A stretch of DNA of 64,000 nt from Eledone cirrhosa. Taxonomy: Eukaryota. The notes beneath the pieces were generated by a model. The model was not told the DNA's origin and did no database searches. It worked only from the letters and a program-made list of their open reading frames with translations. A program made the translations under genes and the position numbers. Below are positions 51,569 to 63,734 of this stretch, one piece after another. The stretch is taken from assembly GCA_964016885.1 (NCBI GenBank), contig OZ024755.1:27156001-27220000 (forward strand), given 5' to 3'. Numbering within the stretch: the stretch's first letter is position 1; each line of letters starts with the position of its first letter.

Positions 51569-51760
51569 CGGCGGTGGATTGGCAGTATCGGTAGAGTGTC
51601 AGACACCATGCTTTGCAGCATAGAGTTATGTCCCTTTACCTTCTGAGTTCAAATCCCGCCGAGGTTAACTTTGCCTTTCATCCTTACGGGGGTCGATAAA
51701 ATAAAGTACCAGTAATGCACTGGGGTAATTGCCGGCCTTGTGCCAAAAGTAGAAACAATT
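51569..51760 (+). mobile_element. tRNA-derived SINE family B, full-length copy
   Basis: GGCGGTGGATTGGCAGTATCGGTAGAG (A box), GAGTTCAAATCC (B box), GCCTTTCATCCTTACGGGGGTCGATAAAATAAAGTACCAG core, GTAGAAACAATT end. Confidence 0.78.
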
Positions 51761-52378
51761 ATAATTAATTAGCCCATGGTCAGGCCTAATCAAACAGGCC
51801 TATGATCAAAAGCATTCCAACCATGGCTTTCCTGTTTTTTTCCTATATACAGGCAACTCAGTACTCCACCCCTGGGCGAAGTTGTTTTGTGGAAGACCAG
51901 CAGTCACCCATGCATACGAGCCTCCTATCTTCACACCACCAATGTTGTCCAAGGAAAAGGCAAAGGCCGATGCAGCTTGGCACCAGTGATGTCATAACTC
52001 ATTTCTACGGCTGAGTTAACTGGAGTAATGTGAAATAAAGAGTCTTACTCAGAGACACAACACGACTCCTGGTCTGAGAATCAAACTCGTCACCTCATGA
52101 TTGTAAACCTAATGCTCTAACCATGCACCTTCACAGCCATACTGGTTGTTAGATCTGAGCAAGGAAACACTATTTCCATTGGTATTCCGTTTCTGATATT
52201 AAAGCCTTCCAACATAATTATATATAGAAATTGTTTCTTGAGCTGTTATGAATACTATTTTGATAATGAAATTTCACTAAATCCCTTCAAATTTTTTATT
52301 AATTTATTTAAATATAGTATATTTCATTAAAAATTTGATAAATAAAGGGTTAAGTAAATTTCAATTTTATTATTGCAG

Positions 52379-52456
52379 GATTTTTTCATGTGGACAAACA
52401 GTCATGTATCTATAGTGAAAGATTTGGTTGAATTCCAGTTCAAACAATACTTACAG
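52379..52456 (+). CDS. WDFY3: WDFY3 coding exon (DFFMWTNSHVSIVKDLVEFQFKQYLQ)
   Basis: ttgcag acceptor, CAG|gtaagt donor. Confidence 0.9.
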
Positions 52457-52539
52457 GTAAGTGGTACCTTGACTTGAGATCTTTCTCAAATGTTTATTGA
52501 GAATTTGATGTAGCTCACATTTCAGAATTATAGAGTATA

Positions 52540-53378
52540 AGTAGGTGAGCTAGGAGTTACATGTAAGTGAGCTCGGGGTTACCTGTAGATGAGCTAAGAG
52601 TTACCTGTAGATGAGCTAGGAGTTACCTGTAGGTGAGCTCTGAGTTACCTGTAGGTGAGCTCGGAGTTACCTGTAGGTGAGCTCGGAGTTACCTGTAGGT
52701 GAGCTCGGAGTTACCTGTAGGTGAGCTCTGAGTTACCTGTAGGTGAGCTCTGAGTTACCTGTAGGTGAGCTCTGAGTTACTTGTAGGTGAGCTCTGAGTT
52801 ACTTGTAGGTGAGCTCTGAGTTACTTGTAGGTGAGCTCTGAGTTACTTGTAGGTGAGCTCTGAGTTACTTGTAGGTGAGCTCTGAGTTACTTGTAGGTGA
52901 GCTCTGAGTTACTTGTAGGTGAGCTCTGAGTTACCTGTAGGTGAGCTCGGAGTTACTTGTAGGTGAGCTCTGAGTTACTTGTAGGTGAGCTCGGAGTTAC
53001 TTGTAGGTGAGCTCAGAGTTACCTGTAGGTGAGCTCAGAGTTACCTGAAGGTGAGCTAGGAGTTACCTGAAGGTGAGCTAGGAGTTACCTGTAGGTGAGC
53101 TCTGAGTTACTTGTAGGTGAGCTCGGAGTTACTTGTAGGTGAGCTCGGAGTTACTTGTAGGTGAGCTCAGAGTTACCTGTAGGTGAGCTCAGAGTTACCT
53201 GAAGGTGAGCTAGGAGTTACCTGAAGGTGAGCTAGGAGTTACCTGTAGGTGAGCTAGGAGTTACCTGTAGGTGAGCTCGGAGTTACTTGTAGGTGAGCTC
53301 GGAGTTACCTGTAGGTGAGCTAGGAGTTACCTGTAGGTGAGCTAGGAGTTACCTGTAGGTGAGCTCGGAGTTACTTAT
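52540..53378. repeat. Minisatellite, 22-bp unit, about 38 copies
   Basis: gtaggtgagctc(g/t/a)gagttac(c/t)t. Confidence 0.95.
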
Positions 53379-53529
53379 AGTCAAAACTTAAATAAATATT
53401 CTTACAATATTGGAGTGTTTTTGTGGTCACCCTGTATATTAAATGACAAATTTCTAGAATTCTTTTTCATTCTTATACCTCTGAGTTAGTTACTTACTAC
53501 TGACTATTCTTTGGTTTCTGCAACTGTAG

Positions 53530-53662
53530 AGTAATGAACATATGGAGAAGTATCTATTAGAAGAATGGTCACAGACGGAGAATGAGCTCCTTCGAGAACG
53601 TGGACTATGGGGACCACTTACAGGCTCTCGGCTGGACAAATGGATGCTAGATATGACAGAAG
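53530..53662 (+). CDS. WDFY3: WDFY3 coding exon (SNEHMEKYLLEEW...ELLRERGLWGP...LDKWMLDMTE)
   Basis: tgtag acceptor, G|gtaagt donor, ERGLWG motif of BEACH-family proteins. Confidence 0.94.
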
Positions 53663-53815
53663 GTAAGTAATCAATATATATTTTTTCTTGCAGTGGGGTT
53701 GGAATGGTGCGGTTTAGGTGGAAGGCGCATATGTGTGAAATGTATGTGAGATAATTAAATTGAGGTTTTAATTAGCATATTTTAATGTTCAAATAATTTG
53801 TTATTCATTTAACAG

Positions 53816-53898
53816 GTCCATGTCGTATGAGGAAAAAACTAATGAGGAATGACATGTTTTATAACCATTATCCTTATCGACCAAATATGGACTCTAGT
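53816..53898 (+). CDS. WDFY3: WDFY3 coding exon (PCRMRKKLMRNDMFYNHYPYRPNMDSS)
   Basis: aacag acceptor, AGT|gtaagt donor. Confidence 0.93.
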
Positions 53899-54124
53899 GT
53901 AAGTACCACTACACTTTCCACTCCCAAACACACTCAAAAACATTTTTTTCCGATTCAGCCCCCCGCCCATCCCTTCAATCTTTCTAATTTTTCAATCTTT
54001 CTTCGGATAAAGGAATAGCGTCCAAAATGTTAAGACCTTCTTCCTGCTATTTTAAGCATTAACCTAATATATTCCTTCCATATATTGTACCGATTGTGTT
54101 GTTATTTCTGTTTACCTTTTACAT

Positions 54125-54170
<46 letters not shown>

Positions 54171-55263
54171 AGGTATAGTACCAGGAAAAACAAATGGCAA
54201 GAAGTAAAGTTAGAAAAGAAATATTTATTAATTTATATATAGAAGGTCGCTTAGATTTGTCTATTGTTGTTATTCTCTAGTCTCTCTCACAACTTCTTTC
54301 TCTCTTTATCTCACTCTCTCACTCTCTATACATACTTATAGGGATTCTTTGCCCTACTGTTAAGCAAGCAATCCCTATAATAATATCTACATTCAACTTC
54401 CCTTAACCCTTTAGCATTTAAACTGGTTGTGTTTATATTTATCTAAAATCTTTCCATCATAATTTTATGTAAGAACCTTTGTTAATTTATATTCCAAACA
54501 GTAGCTTAACCCTTTACCATTTACATTACTCTATATATACTATTGTATTTTTGCAGTAAAGGCTTTATCTCACATGATATCTCATATAATATTGAATCTA
54601 TGAGATTTTGATATTATTTATTTTGAGAACGATACCTTAACATCAGTATGAGTGGCTAGTTACAGCCAGTTTGAGCAGAAAAAGATGAGAGAATTCTGGC
54701 TGGATACAACCGGTTAAATGCTAAAGGCTTAATAGTCAGAAAGTTATATTATTAAATCCCTACAATTTATTTATTTATCTTCAAAATTAATTGAAAACCA
54801 TAGTAGTGACTTTCATTAGAAATCTGGTAACAAAAGAGTTGACTTTCATATATCAGAAGTCTTCATATTTACTCATTAATTATTTACTTGTTCATAATTT
54901 AAACCGGTCATATCCGGCCAGAGTTCACTCACTTCTTCCTGCTCAATTCGGCTGTAACCAGTCACTCATACTGATGTTAAGGTATTGTTCTCAAAATAAA
55001 TAATATCAGAATCTCATAGATTCAATATTATATAAGATAAAATCTTTACTATGAAAATACAATACTAAATATAGTAAAGGCTAAAGGGTTAAACTGGCCG
55101 TATCTTGCTAGTCTCTCACCTCTTTCTGTTCAATCTGGCTGTAACCAGCCACTCATACTGAGATTAAGGTATTATTCTCAAAATAAATATGAAAATCTCA
55201 TAGATTCAATATTATGTAAGATAATTATGTGAGGTAAAGCCTTTACCATGAAAATACAGTACT

Positions 55264-55822
55264 AAATATAGAGTAATGTAAATGGTAGAGGGTTAAATAT
55301 AGAGTAATGTAAATGGTAGAGGGTTAAATATAGAGTAATGTAAATGGTAGAGGGTTAAATATAGAGTAATGTAAATGGTAAAGGGTTAAATATAGAGTAA
55401 TGTAAATGGTAGAGGGTTAAATATAGAGTAATGTAAATGGTAAAGGGTTAAATATAGAGTAATGTAAATGGGAAAGGGTTAAATATAGAGTAATGTAAAT
55501 GGTAAAGGGTTAAATATAGAGTAATGTAAATGGTAAAGGGTTAAATATAGAGTAATGTAAATGGGAAAGGGTTAAATATAGAGTAATGTAAATGGTAGAG
55601 GGTTAAATATAGAGTAATGTAAATGGGAAAGGGTTAAATATAGAGTAATGTATATGGTAAAGGGTTAAATATAGAGTAATGTAAATGGTAAAGGGTTAAT
55701 ATAGAGTAATGTAAATGGTAAAGGGTTAAATATAGAGTAATGTAAATGGTAAAGGGTTAAATATAGAGTAATGTAAATGGGAAAGGGTTAAATATAGAGC
55801 AATGTATATGGTAAAGGGTTAA
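55264..55822. repeat. Minisatellite, 31-bp unit, about 18 copies, derived from the MITE terminus
   Basis: aaatatagagtaatgtaaatggtaaagggtt. Confidence 0.93.
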
Positions 55823-55950
55823 GTATAGTGTACTAAGTTAAATAATGGTCTTCTTGGTCTCAACTAGTAACATCCCATTGACATCTGTCTGTCTGTTTGT
55901 CTGTCTATCAAGTATTTTTCTGTGGTTGACTCTGAATCCGTTTGCTTCAG

Positions 55951-56110
55951 AAGCCTCTCAGATACAAGGTTGCAATCAGCAGAGATAGCCGAGATTGGTT
56001 CAAGCGCTACCGCCCACAGAGCTTTGTCTGCAATGATGAGCTCCCTATACAAACGGATGACACCGATGTTTTGATCAATGAAATTGATTCTCAAGATCCT
56101 AATTGTGAGG
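55951..56110 (+). CDS. WDFY3: WDFY3 coding exon (KPLRYKVAISRDSRDWFKRY...NCE)
   Basis: ttcag acceptor, G|gtaaga donor. Confidence 0.87.
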
Positions 56111-56139
56111 GTAAGATATTGACAGTTGATCTGGTTGTA

Positions 56140-57000
56140 TACACACACATTAGCTTACATATACACACACATATTATCACACATACACACACACACACTC
56201 ACATATATACACACATATGATGACACACACACACTCACATATATACACACATATGATGACACACACACACATTAGCTTACATATACACACACATATATGA
56301 TGACACACACACATTAGCTTACATATATACACACATATGATGACACACACACACTCTCTCACATATATACACACATGATGACACACATTCACATATATAC
56401 ACACATATGATGACACACACACACACTCACATATATACACACATGATGACACACACACTCAAATATATACACACATATGCTGACACACACATATGATGAC
56501 ACACACACACATTAGCTTACATATACACACACACACGTGATGACACACACACACACATACACACACATGATGACACACACACACACACTCACATATACAC
56601 ACACACACCACACATGCTCACATATACACATGCTAACACACACACACACACACACCACACACATGCTCACATATACACATGCTAACACACACACCACACA
56701 CATTAGCTCACATGTACACACACCTCTCACACACATATGCTGATGCACATACACATATGCTGACACACACACACACCACACACACACACACCACACACAC
56801 ATCCCTCTCACACCCACACACACACACACCACATACACCACACACACCCTCACACACACACACCCCTCACACACACCACACACACCCTCACACACACACA
56901 CACACTCACATACACACACACCCCTCACACGCATACACCCACACACCCTCACATACACATATACACGTGCTGACTCACACATACACATCCATACACACAA
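56140..57000. repeat. Degenerate (CA)n-rich low-complexity tract
   Basis: Long imperfect CA/TA runs. Confidence 0.9.
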
Positions 57001-57509
57001 TACTATCACCAACAACATCAAATGTCTGCTTTCTATGTTGGCTTGGACAGGTTACCGTGGTCTGAGGAGGCAAGACAGCTGAGAGAGACCATATCTTCTT
57101 CATATGCTTCATATTTAGCATGGTTTCTATGAATGGAGGCCCTTTCAAACACAAACACCCCTTATAGTGTGTACTAGGTACATATACATTCACCTTTGAT
57201 GAGTTGTAGTGCACCTGAGCACTGTACACAATAATTTCATTGTGGATTGGCAGTATCGGTAAAGGGTCGAACGCCATGCTTTTCAGCAAAGAGTTACGGC
57301 CCTTTATGATCTGAGTTCAAATCCTGCCGAGGTTAACTTTGCCTTTCATCCTTACGGGGTCGATAAAATAAAGTACCAGTCACGCACTGGGGTTGATTTA
57401 ATCAACATTCCCCTCCCTCAAAATTGCTGGCCTTGTGCCTATATAAGAAACAATTATATATTATATTATTTGATCATGGCACAAGCACTACCAATTTACA
57501 GACTTTCTT

Positions 57510-57855
57510 TCATCTGTAATTTCTCGCTGGGAAGAAATACTTAACAACCCCCCATCTGTAACAACAATAGGGTTAAAGGCAAACAAGGCACTGCCCCCTG
57601 GAGCAGATACGAACTATGCAGTGTGTAAAATGCCTAAACAGAGTAAGATCTGGTGTTGGACGGACATAATTCATCTTGTAAAATGGGGATATTTAAGGAA
57701 TGGGAACGTTGTGTGTGACTGCGGAATCGAACCACATACTATGCAGCACCTCCTGATATGGCCCCTGCTGGAACACCCCTGCACATCATTGGACTTGGCA
57801 GAGTTTAATGAGAAAAGACAGCAATGGGTTCAGCTGTGGCAGAATTACATCTAGC
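57510..57855 (+). mobile_element. Non-LTR retrotransposon C-terminal fragment with a zinc-knuckle-like motif
   Basis: KWGY...CDCGIEPHTMQHLL peptide. Confidence 0.55.
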
Positions 57856-57917
57856 CAGGCTTTGTAACTGACACTCTTGTGGGGACACAACTAGATCTTT
57901 TATTCTTCCACTTCTTA

Positions 57918-57922
<5 letters not shown>

Positions 57923-57984
<62 letters not shown>

Positions 57985-60500
57985 GTATCCTTCATCACTC
58001 TGTCTCTTTCCGCTGTCTCCAAACATCTCTCTCTCTCTCTCTTTCTGTATCCTTCATCACTCTGTCTCTTTCCTCTGTCTCCAAACATCTCTCTCTCTCT
58101 CTCTCTCTCTTTCTGTATCCTTCATCACTCTGTCTCTTTCCTCTGTCTCCAAACATCTCTCTCTCTCTCTCTCTTTCTGTATCCTTCATCACTCTGTCTC
58201 TTTCCTCTGTCTCCAAACATCTCTCTCTCTCTCTCTCTTTCTGTATCCTTCATCACTCTGTCTCTTTCCTCTGTCTCCAAACATCTCTCTCTCTCTCTCT
58301 CTTTCTGTATCCTTCATCACTCTGTCTCTTTCCTCTGTCTCCAAACATCTCTCTCTCTCTCTCTTTCTGTATCCTTCATCACTCTGTCTCTTTCCTCTGT
58401 CTCCAAACATCTCTCTCTCTCTCTCTCTTTCTGTATCCTTCATCACTCTGTCTCTTTCCTCTGTCTCCAAACATCTCTCTCTCTCTCTCTTTCTGTATCC
58501 TTCATCACTCTGTCTCTTTCCTCTGTCTCCAAACATCTCTCTCTCTCTCTCTCTTTCTGTATCCTTCATCACTCTGTCTCTTTCCTCTGTCTCCAAACAT
58601 CTCTCTCTCTCTCTCTCTTTCTGTATCCTTCATCACTCTGTCTCTTTCCTCTGTCTCCAAACATCTCTCTCTCTCTCTCTTTCTGTATCCTTCATCACTC
58701 TGTCTCTTTCCTCTGTCTCCAAACATCTCTCTCTCTCTCTCTTTCTGTATCCTTCATCATCTGTCTCTTTCCTCTGTCTCCAAACATCTCTCTCTCTCTC
58801 TCTTTCTGTATCCTTCATCACTCTGTCTCTTTCCTCTGTCTCCAAACATCTCTCTCTCTCTCTCTCTTTCTGTATCCTTCATCACTCTGTCTCTTTCCTC
58901 TGTCTCCAAACATCTCTCTCTCTCTCTCTTTCTGTATCCTTCATCACTCTGTCTCTTTCCTCTGTCTCCAAACATCTCTCTCTCTCTCTCTCTTTCTGTA
59001 TCCTTCATCACTCTGTCTCTTTCCTCTGTCTCCAAACATCTCTCTCTCTCTCTCTTTCTGTATCCTTCATCACTCTGTCTCTTTCCTCTGTCTCCAAACA
59101 TCTCTCTCTCTCTCTCTCTTTCTGTATCCTTCATCACTCTGTCTCTTTCCTCTGTCTCCAAACATCTCTCTCTCTCTCTCTCTTTCTGTATCCTTCATCA
59201 CTCTGTCTCTTTCCTCTGTCTCCAAACATCTCTCTCTCTCTCTCTTTCTGTATCCTTCATCACTCTGTCTCTTTCCTCTGTCTCCAAACATCTCTCTCTC
59301 TCTCTCTTTCTGTATCCTTCATCACTCTGTCTCTTTCCTCTGTCTCCAAACATCTCTCTCTCTCTCTCTCTTTCTGTATCCTTCATCACTCTGTCTCTTT
59401 CCTCTGTCTCCAAACATCTCTCTCTCTCTCTCTCTTTCTGTATCCTTCATCACTCTGTCTCTTTCCTCTGTCTCCAAACATCTCTCTCTCTCTCTCTCTT
59501 TCTGTATCCTTCATCACTCTGTCTCTTTCCTCTGTCTCCAAACATCTCTCTCTCTCTCTCTCTTTCTGTATCCTTCATCACTCTGTCTCTTTCCTCTGTC
59601 TCCAAACATCTCTCTCTCTCTCTCTCTTTCTGTATCCTTCATCACTCTGTCTCTTTCCTCTGTCTCCAAACATCTCTCTCTCTCTCTCTCTTTCTGTATC
59701 CTTCATCACTCTGTCTCTTTCCTCTGTCTCCAAACATCTCTCTCTCTCTCTCTCTTTCTGTATCCTTCATCACTCTGTCTCTTTCCTCTGTCTCCAAACA
59801 TCTCTCTCTCTCTCTCTTTCTGTATCCTTCATCACTCTGTCTCTTTCCTCTGTCTCCAAACATCTCTCTCTCTCTCTCTCTTTCTGTATCCTTCATCACT
59901 CTGTCTCTTTCCTCTGTCTCCAAACATCTCTCTCTCTCTCTCTTTCTGTATCCTTCATCACTCTGTCTCTTTCCTCTGTCTCCAAACATCTCTCTCTCTC
60001 TCTCTCTTTCTGTATCCTTCATCACTCTGTCTCTTTCCTCTGTCTCCAAACATCTCTCTCTCTCTCTCTTTCTGTATCCTTCATCACTCTGTCTCTTTCC
60101 TCTGTCTCCAAACATCTCTCTCTCTCTCTCTCTCTTTCTGTATCCTTCATCACTCTGTCTCTTTCCTCTGTCTCCAAACATCTCTCTCTCTCTTTCTGTA
60201 TCCTTCATCACTCTGTCTCTTTCCTCTGTCTCCAAACATCTCTCTCTCTCTCTCTCTTTCTGTATCCTTCATCACTCTGTCTCTTTCCTCTGTCTCCAAA
60301 CATCTCTCTCTCTCTCTCTTTCTGTATCCTTCATCACTCTGTCTCTTTCCTCTGTCTCCAAACATCTCTCTCTCTCTCTCTTTCTGTATCCTTCATCACT
60401 CTGTCTCTTTCCTGTGTCTCCAAACATCTCTCTCTCTCTCTCTCTTTCTGTATCCTTCATCACTCTGTCTCTTTCCTCTGTCTCCAAACATCTTTCTCTC
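57923..60500. repeat. Compound minisatellite, ~60-64-bp unit with variable (CT)n, about 41 copies
   Basis: ttctgtatccttcatcactctgtctctttcctctgtctccaaacat(ct)n. Confidence 0.96.
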
Positions 60501-60560
60501 TTTCGCTTTCATCATCTCTCTTACTCTTTACTTACCCTCTCTTTAATTGTCCAATTTCAG

Positions 60561-60763
60561 TGATAATGAATATCCCTAAGCTGTTACCGCGGCGACAGAC
60601 CAGTGTGTTACGCAGCATGGAAACAGAAGATGATCCAGATGAAGCAAGTGGCATGTCTGAACCGAATGCAGACTCTGATAAGACAGATAACCAAACAGAA
60701 AATCAAGGCGAGAACCAAGCTTCTAACCAAGCTATTTTACGTCTGCTTGGTGAAGGAGAAAAG
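60561..60763 (+). CDS. WDFY3: WDFY3 coding exon (IMNIPKLLPRR...NQAILRLLGEGEK)
   Basis: tttcag acceptor, AAG|gtattg donor, LRLL.EGEK motif. Confidence 0.88.
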
Positions 60764-62063
60764 GTATTGTGATTGTCATCATCAATCTTCCATCTCTTAT
60801 TTACTTCTATCAAAACACATCTATCTATCACTTTTGCTAAGTGTGACTAAGGTCACCCTGGTCAGTGATCCCAGAAACATCACCCCTGTGTAGAGCTGAA
60901 ACACACATTTACTGTATTCCATATTGTTGCAGTATTATCAACACGTGTATCTACCATTGTAGCTGGTTTTGTTCCACTCCAAGTTAACCGTGGACAAACG
61001 TGATATGATCAAAAGAATCCCAGCACTGATATGCCATCTGTACTTTGTTTTCAGTCATAGTATAATTAGAATTGTCATTTCCTTTTTTAAGGCAGAAAAA
61101 TGTTATATGAGGGAGATTTGGGTGCTATTTTGAATGTGTCAAGTGATCATGTAATGGCAGCCATGATCGTATGTCATACGAACCGTAGCTCATACTAAGG
61201 CAGTCAATTGTAGAGCTTTACACTACTTTGCTTTATCTTAATATTGTGGTCAGTAGTTCAGCTCTAATGTGGTCAATTTGGCATGGTCTTTAGTGTTGGA
61301 TATTAGTTCTGAGTCTCTGTGTCCTAAATTCAAATTATACTAAGGTCCACTTTGCCTTTCAGCCTTGATAAAGTACATACCAGCTCAGTGCTCGGGCAGC
61401 CATCTTTCTTTCCAGCTATCACATCTTTAACATATAGCTGGATCGAAGAAGGGAGGCTTAAAATGGTGTCTATGTCTGTTCACAACTGCATGGCCACCTA
61501 AAACATTTAGTAAAAACATAGTACATACTAGCAAGACATACTTGATTGCAAGTGAGGTTTGTAGTAGTCTAGCTATATCAACAAACATCTACTTCAACTC
61601 ATACTGGTGCAGTCCAGTAGTATCAACACTCATTTACTGTATCTTATACAAGTGGGTCAATAGTCTATCTTTATCAACGTTTATCTCCTGTGTCTCATTT
61701 TATTTTTAGTCAATAGGTTAGCACACTCATATATGAATCATTCTCATCATCATCATTGTTTTTGTGTCCTCTTTTCTATGCTAGCGAAGTCACGACAAAA
61801 AGCACCCAGTACTCACTGTAAATGCAGTTGGCATTAGGAAGGGCATCCAGCTGTAGAAATCTAGCCAGAAATTGTTCTGTATGAGCAAGACATGATCACC
61901 TGACCCAACTTGCCTCAAATGGGGCAACCCATCTAACCCATGCTAGCATGGAAGGTGGACGTTAAACAATGATGATGATGATGATGATGTACCTAAACGA
62001 GAAACCATTATCCTATTAGCTCTTCTATTTTTCACAATACCTTATTACTTTTGTTGCTGGTGA

Positions 62064-62808
62064 TTAGCCCTTTAGTATCTACATTACTCTATACTAGCAG
62101 AAAAACCACCTTTCGGGTGGTTTTCTGCCAGCATGTATAGTGTGTATATTGATATTATACGCAGGTATATATACATGTAGATATGATACATCAAATAAAA
62201 ACGTAATTGAGAATATAAACAGAAATTGAACGAAGACTGTGTTACACTGTCTTATGTAATCAGTAACGTAATCCATGATACATTAAAAAAAGATGATATA
62301 TAAAAACTGCATTAGGAGAAAATTAGTGACAGAAAATTAGTATGTTTATTTAAGCGATCGCCACCGGAAGTCTTGACATCACACACTCTCTCTTTCTATA
62401 TATATGGTAGTTGAAGTGATGGTGGTGGTGGCGACCATATACTGGAAGTGCAACTTTGAAAAGAAGTCAATTTTAAATTATTTATTTTTACGAAATTTAG
62501 TAGATAAATTATGTAATATTCATTCATTATTTATTCAAAGTAATCCAACTTATTTTACTAACTGGGTAAAAAAAAAAAACGTACACAGTCCCACAGACCT
62601 TCCTTTATTATAGTTTAGATTTACTATTATATTTTCACAATAAAGGCTTTATCTTACACAATTATCTCGCATAATATCGAATCTACGAGATTTTGATGTT
62701 ATTTATTTTGAGAACAATACCTCAATGTAGGTATGAGTGGCTGGTTACAGCCGGTTTGAACAGAAAGAGGTGAGACAGATATGGCCGGTTTAAATGCTAA
62801 AGGGTTAA
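62064..62808 (+). mobile_element. piggyBac-type MITE interrupted by a Helitron
   Basis: cattactctata | insert | tttactattatattttcac... GCTAAAGGGTTAA. Confidence 0.7.
62094..62619 (-). mobile_element. Non-autonomous Helitron
   Basis: Minus strand: A|TC 5' end, 3' hairpin GCAGAAAACCACCCGAAAGGTGGTTTTTCTGC, CTAG|T 3' end, no target duplication. Confidence 0.72.
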
Positions 62809-62905
62809 AATGAAAATCATAATGAAATTAATATATGTAATCTGTGTTTCTATCTCATTAATGTTTCCTTTTCCTTCTTCTTTCATATTTTATCCTTTCT
62901 CTTAG

Positions 62906-63054
62906 ATTACTCACATGTTCAGGTGTGCCCGTATCCAAGGTCTTGATACTGCTGAAGGTTTACTTCAGTTTGGCAAGGAACATTTCTATGTTATCGATGG
63001 GTTCACTCTGTTGAAAAGCAAAGAGATCAAAGATATTGATAGCTTGCCTCCAGA
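62906..63054 (+). CDS. WDFY3: WDFY3 coding exon, PH domain (ITHMFRCARIQGLDTAEGLLQFGKEHFYVIDGFTL...)
   Basis: cttag acceptor, GA|gtaagt donor, BEACH-associated PH sequence. Confidence 0.95.
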
Positions 63055-63674
63055 GTAAGTACAGCTTACACTTATACAGTAATATCTTTAGTTCTCTGAT
63101 CAAGTGACACAGTAATTCTTTTAGTTCTCTGATCAAGTGACACAGTAATATTTTTATTAAGGATAAAAGGCAAAGCTAACCTCGGCGGGATTTGGCCCTT
63201 TATGTTCTGAGTTGAAATCCGTCCGAGGTTAGCTTTGCCTTTCATCTTTACAGGGTCAATAAAATAAAAGTACCAGTAATACATTGGAGTTGATTTAATT
63301 GACTCCCCCCCCCCCAAAAAAAAAATTGCTGGTCTTGTGCCTATAATAGAAATCATTATTAACAGCAATTCATCTCAGATATTAATACATCCCATTTATA
63401 CACACACACACACACTCACATGCATACACATGTATATATATATATATATACATACGCACACATAAAGTTAGAGAACCTTTACTCTATGGGATGACTTACA
63501 TGTCAGAATGTGACATGACCTCCGTGCTGAGAATAATCAGCAGTGTCTCTATATTCCTACTGCTTAACATTGGTTAGGGATGAGAGCACATCTTACTTAT
63601 GATATACACAAGTTAATAATTTCATCTGCTTTCCCATGCTCCTTTATTTTAAATATTTATATCTCTATTTGAAG

Positions 63675-63734
63675 ATTCCATGAACCAATTATTCCAAGAA
63701 CTTCAAAGAGCAGTGGTTGCTGCCAGAAACGAAT
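63675..63734 (+). CDS. WDFY3: WDFY3 coding exon (FHEPIIPRTSKSSGCCQKR)
   Basis: tgaag acceptor, AT|gtaagt donor, HEPIIPR motif. Confidence 0.9.

Larger units (their letters stand above)
782..63734 (+). other. WDFY3: Partial gene span: WD repeat and FYVE domain-containing protein 3 (ALFY/blue cheese) orthologue, 37 internal coding exons; gene continues beyond both window ends
   Basis: Exons join in consistent phase at GT-AG sites. Peptides such as AMRYEPAN, DFLRLGSPLNC, PAFVEFDMSTEGFGCLYLPS, HENATPIRILHNSGGHL, GLYAAVKALVCVV, ERGLWG/KWMLDMTEGPCRMRKK and FRCARIQGLDTAEG match WDFY3 as I recall it. Confidence 0.95.

Noticed and set aside
57879-60563. 894-aa Ser/Leu ORF and antisense ER-rich ORFs
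   Set aside because: Artefact of the CT-rich tandem array; the frame drifts with (CT)n length.
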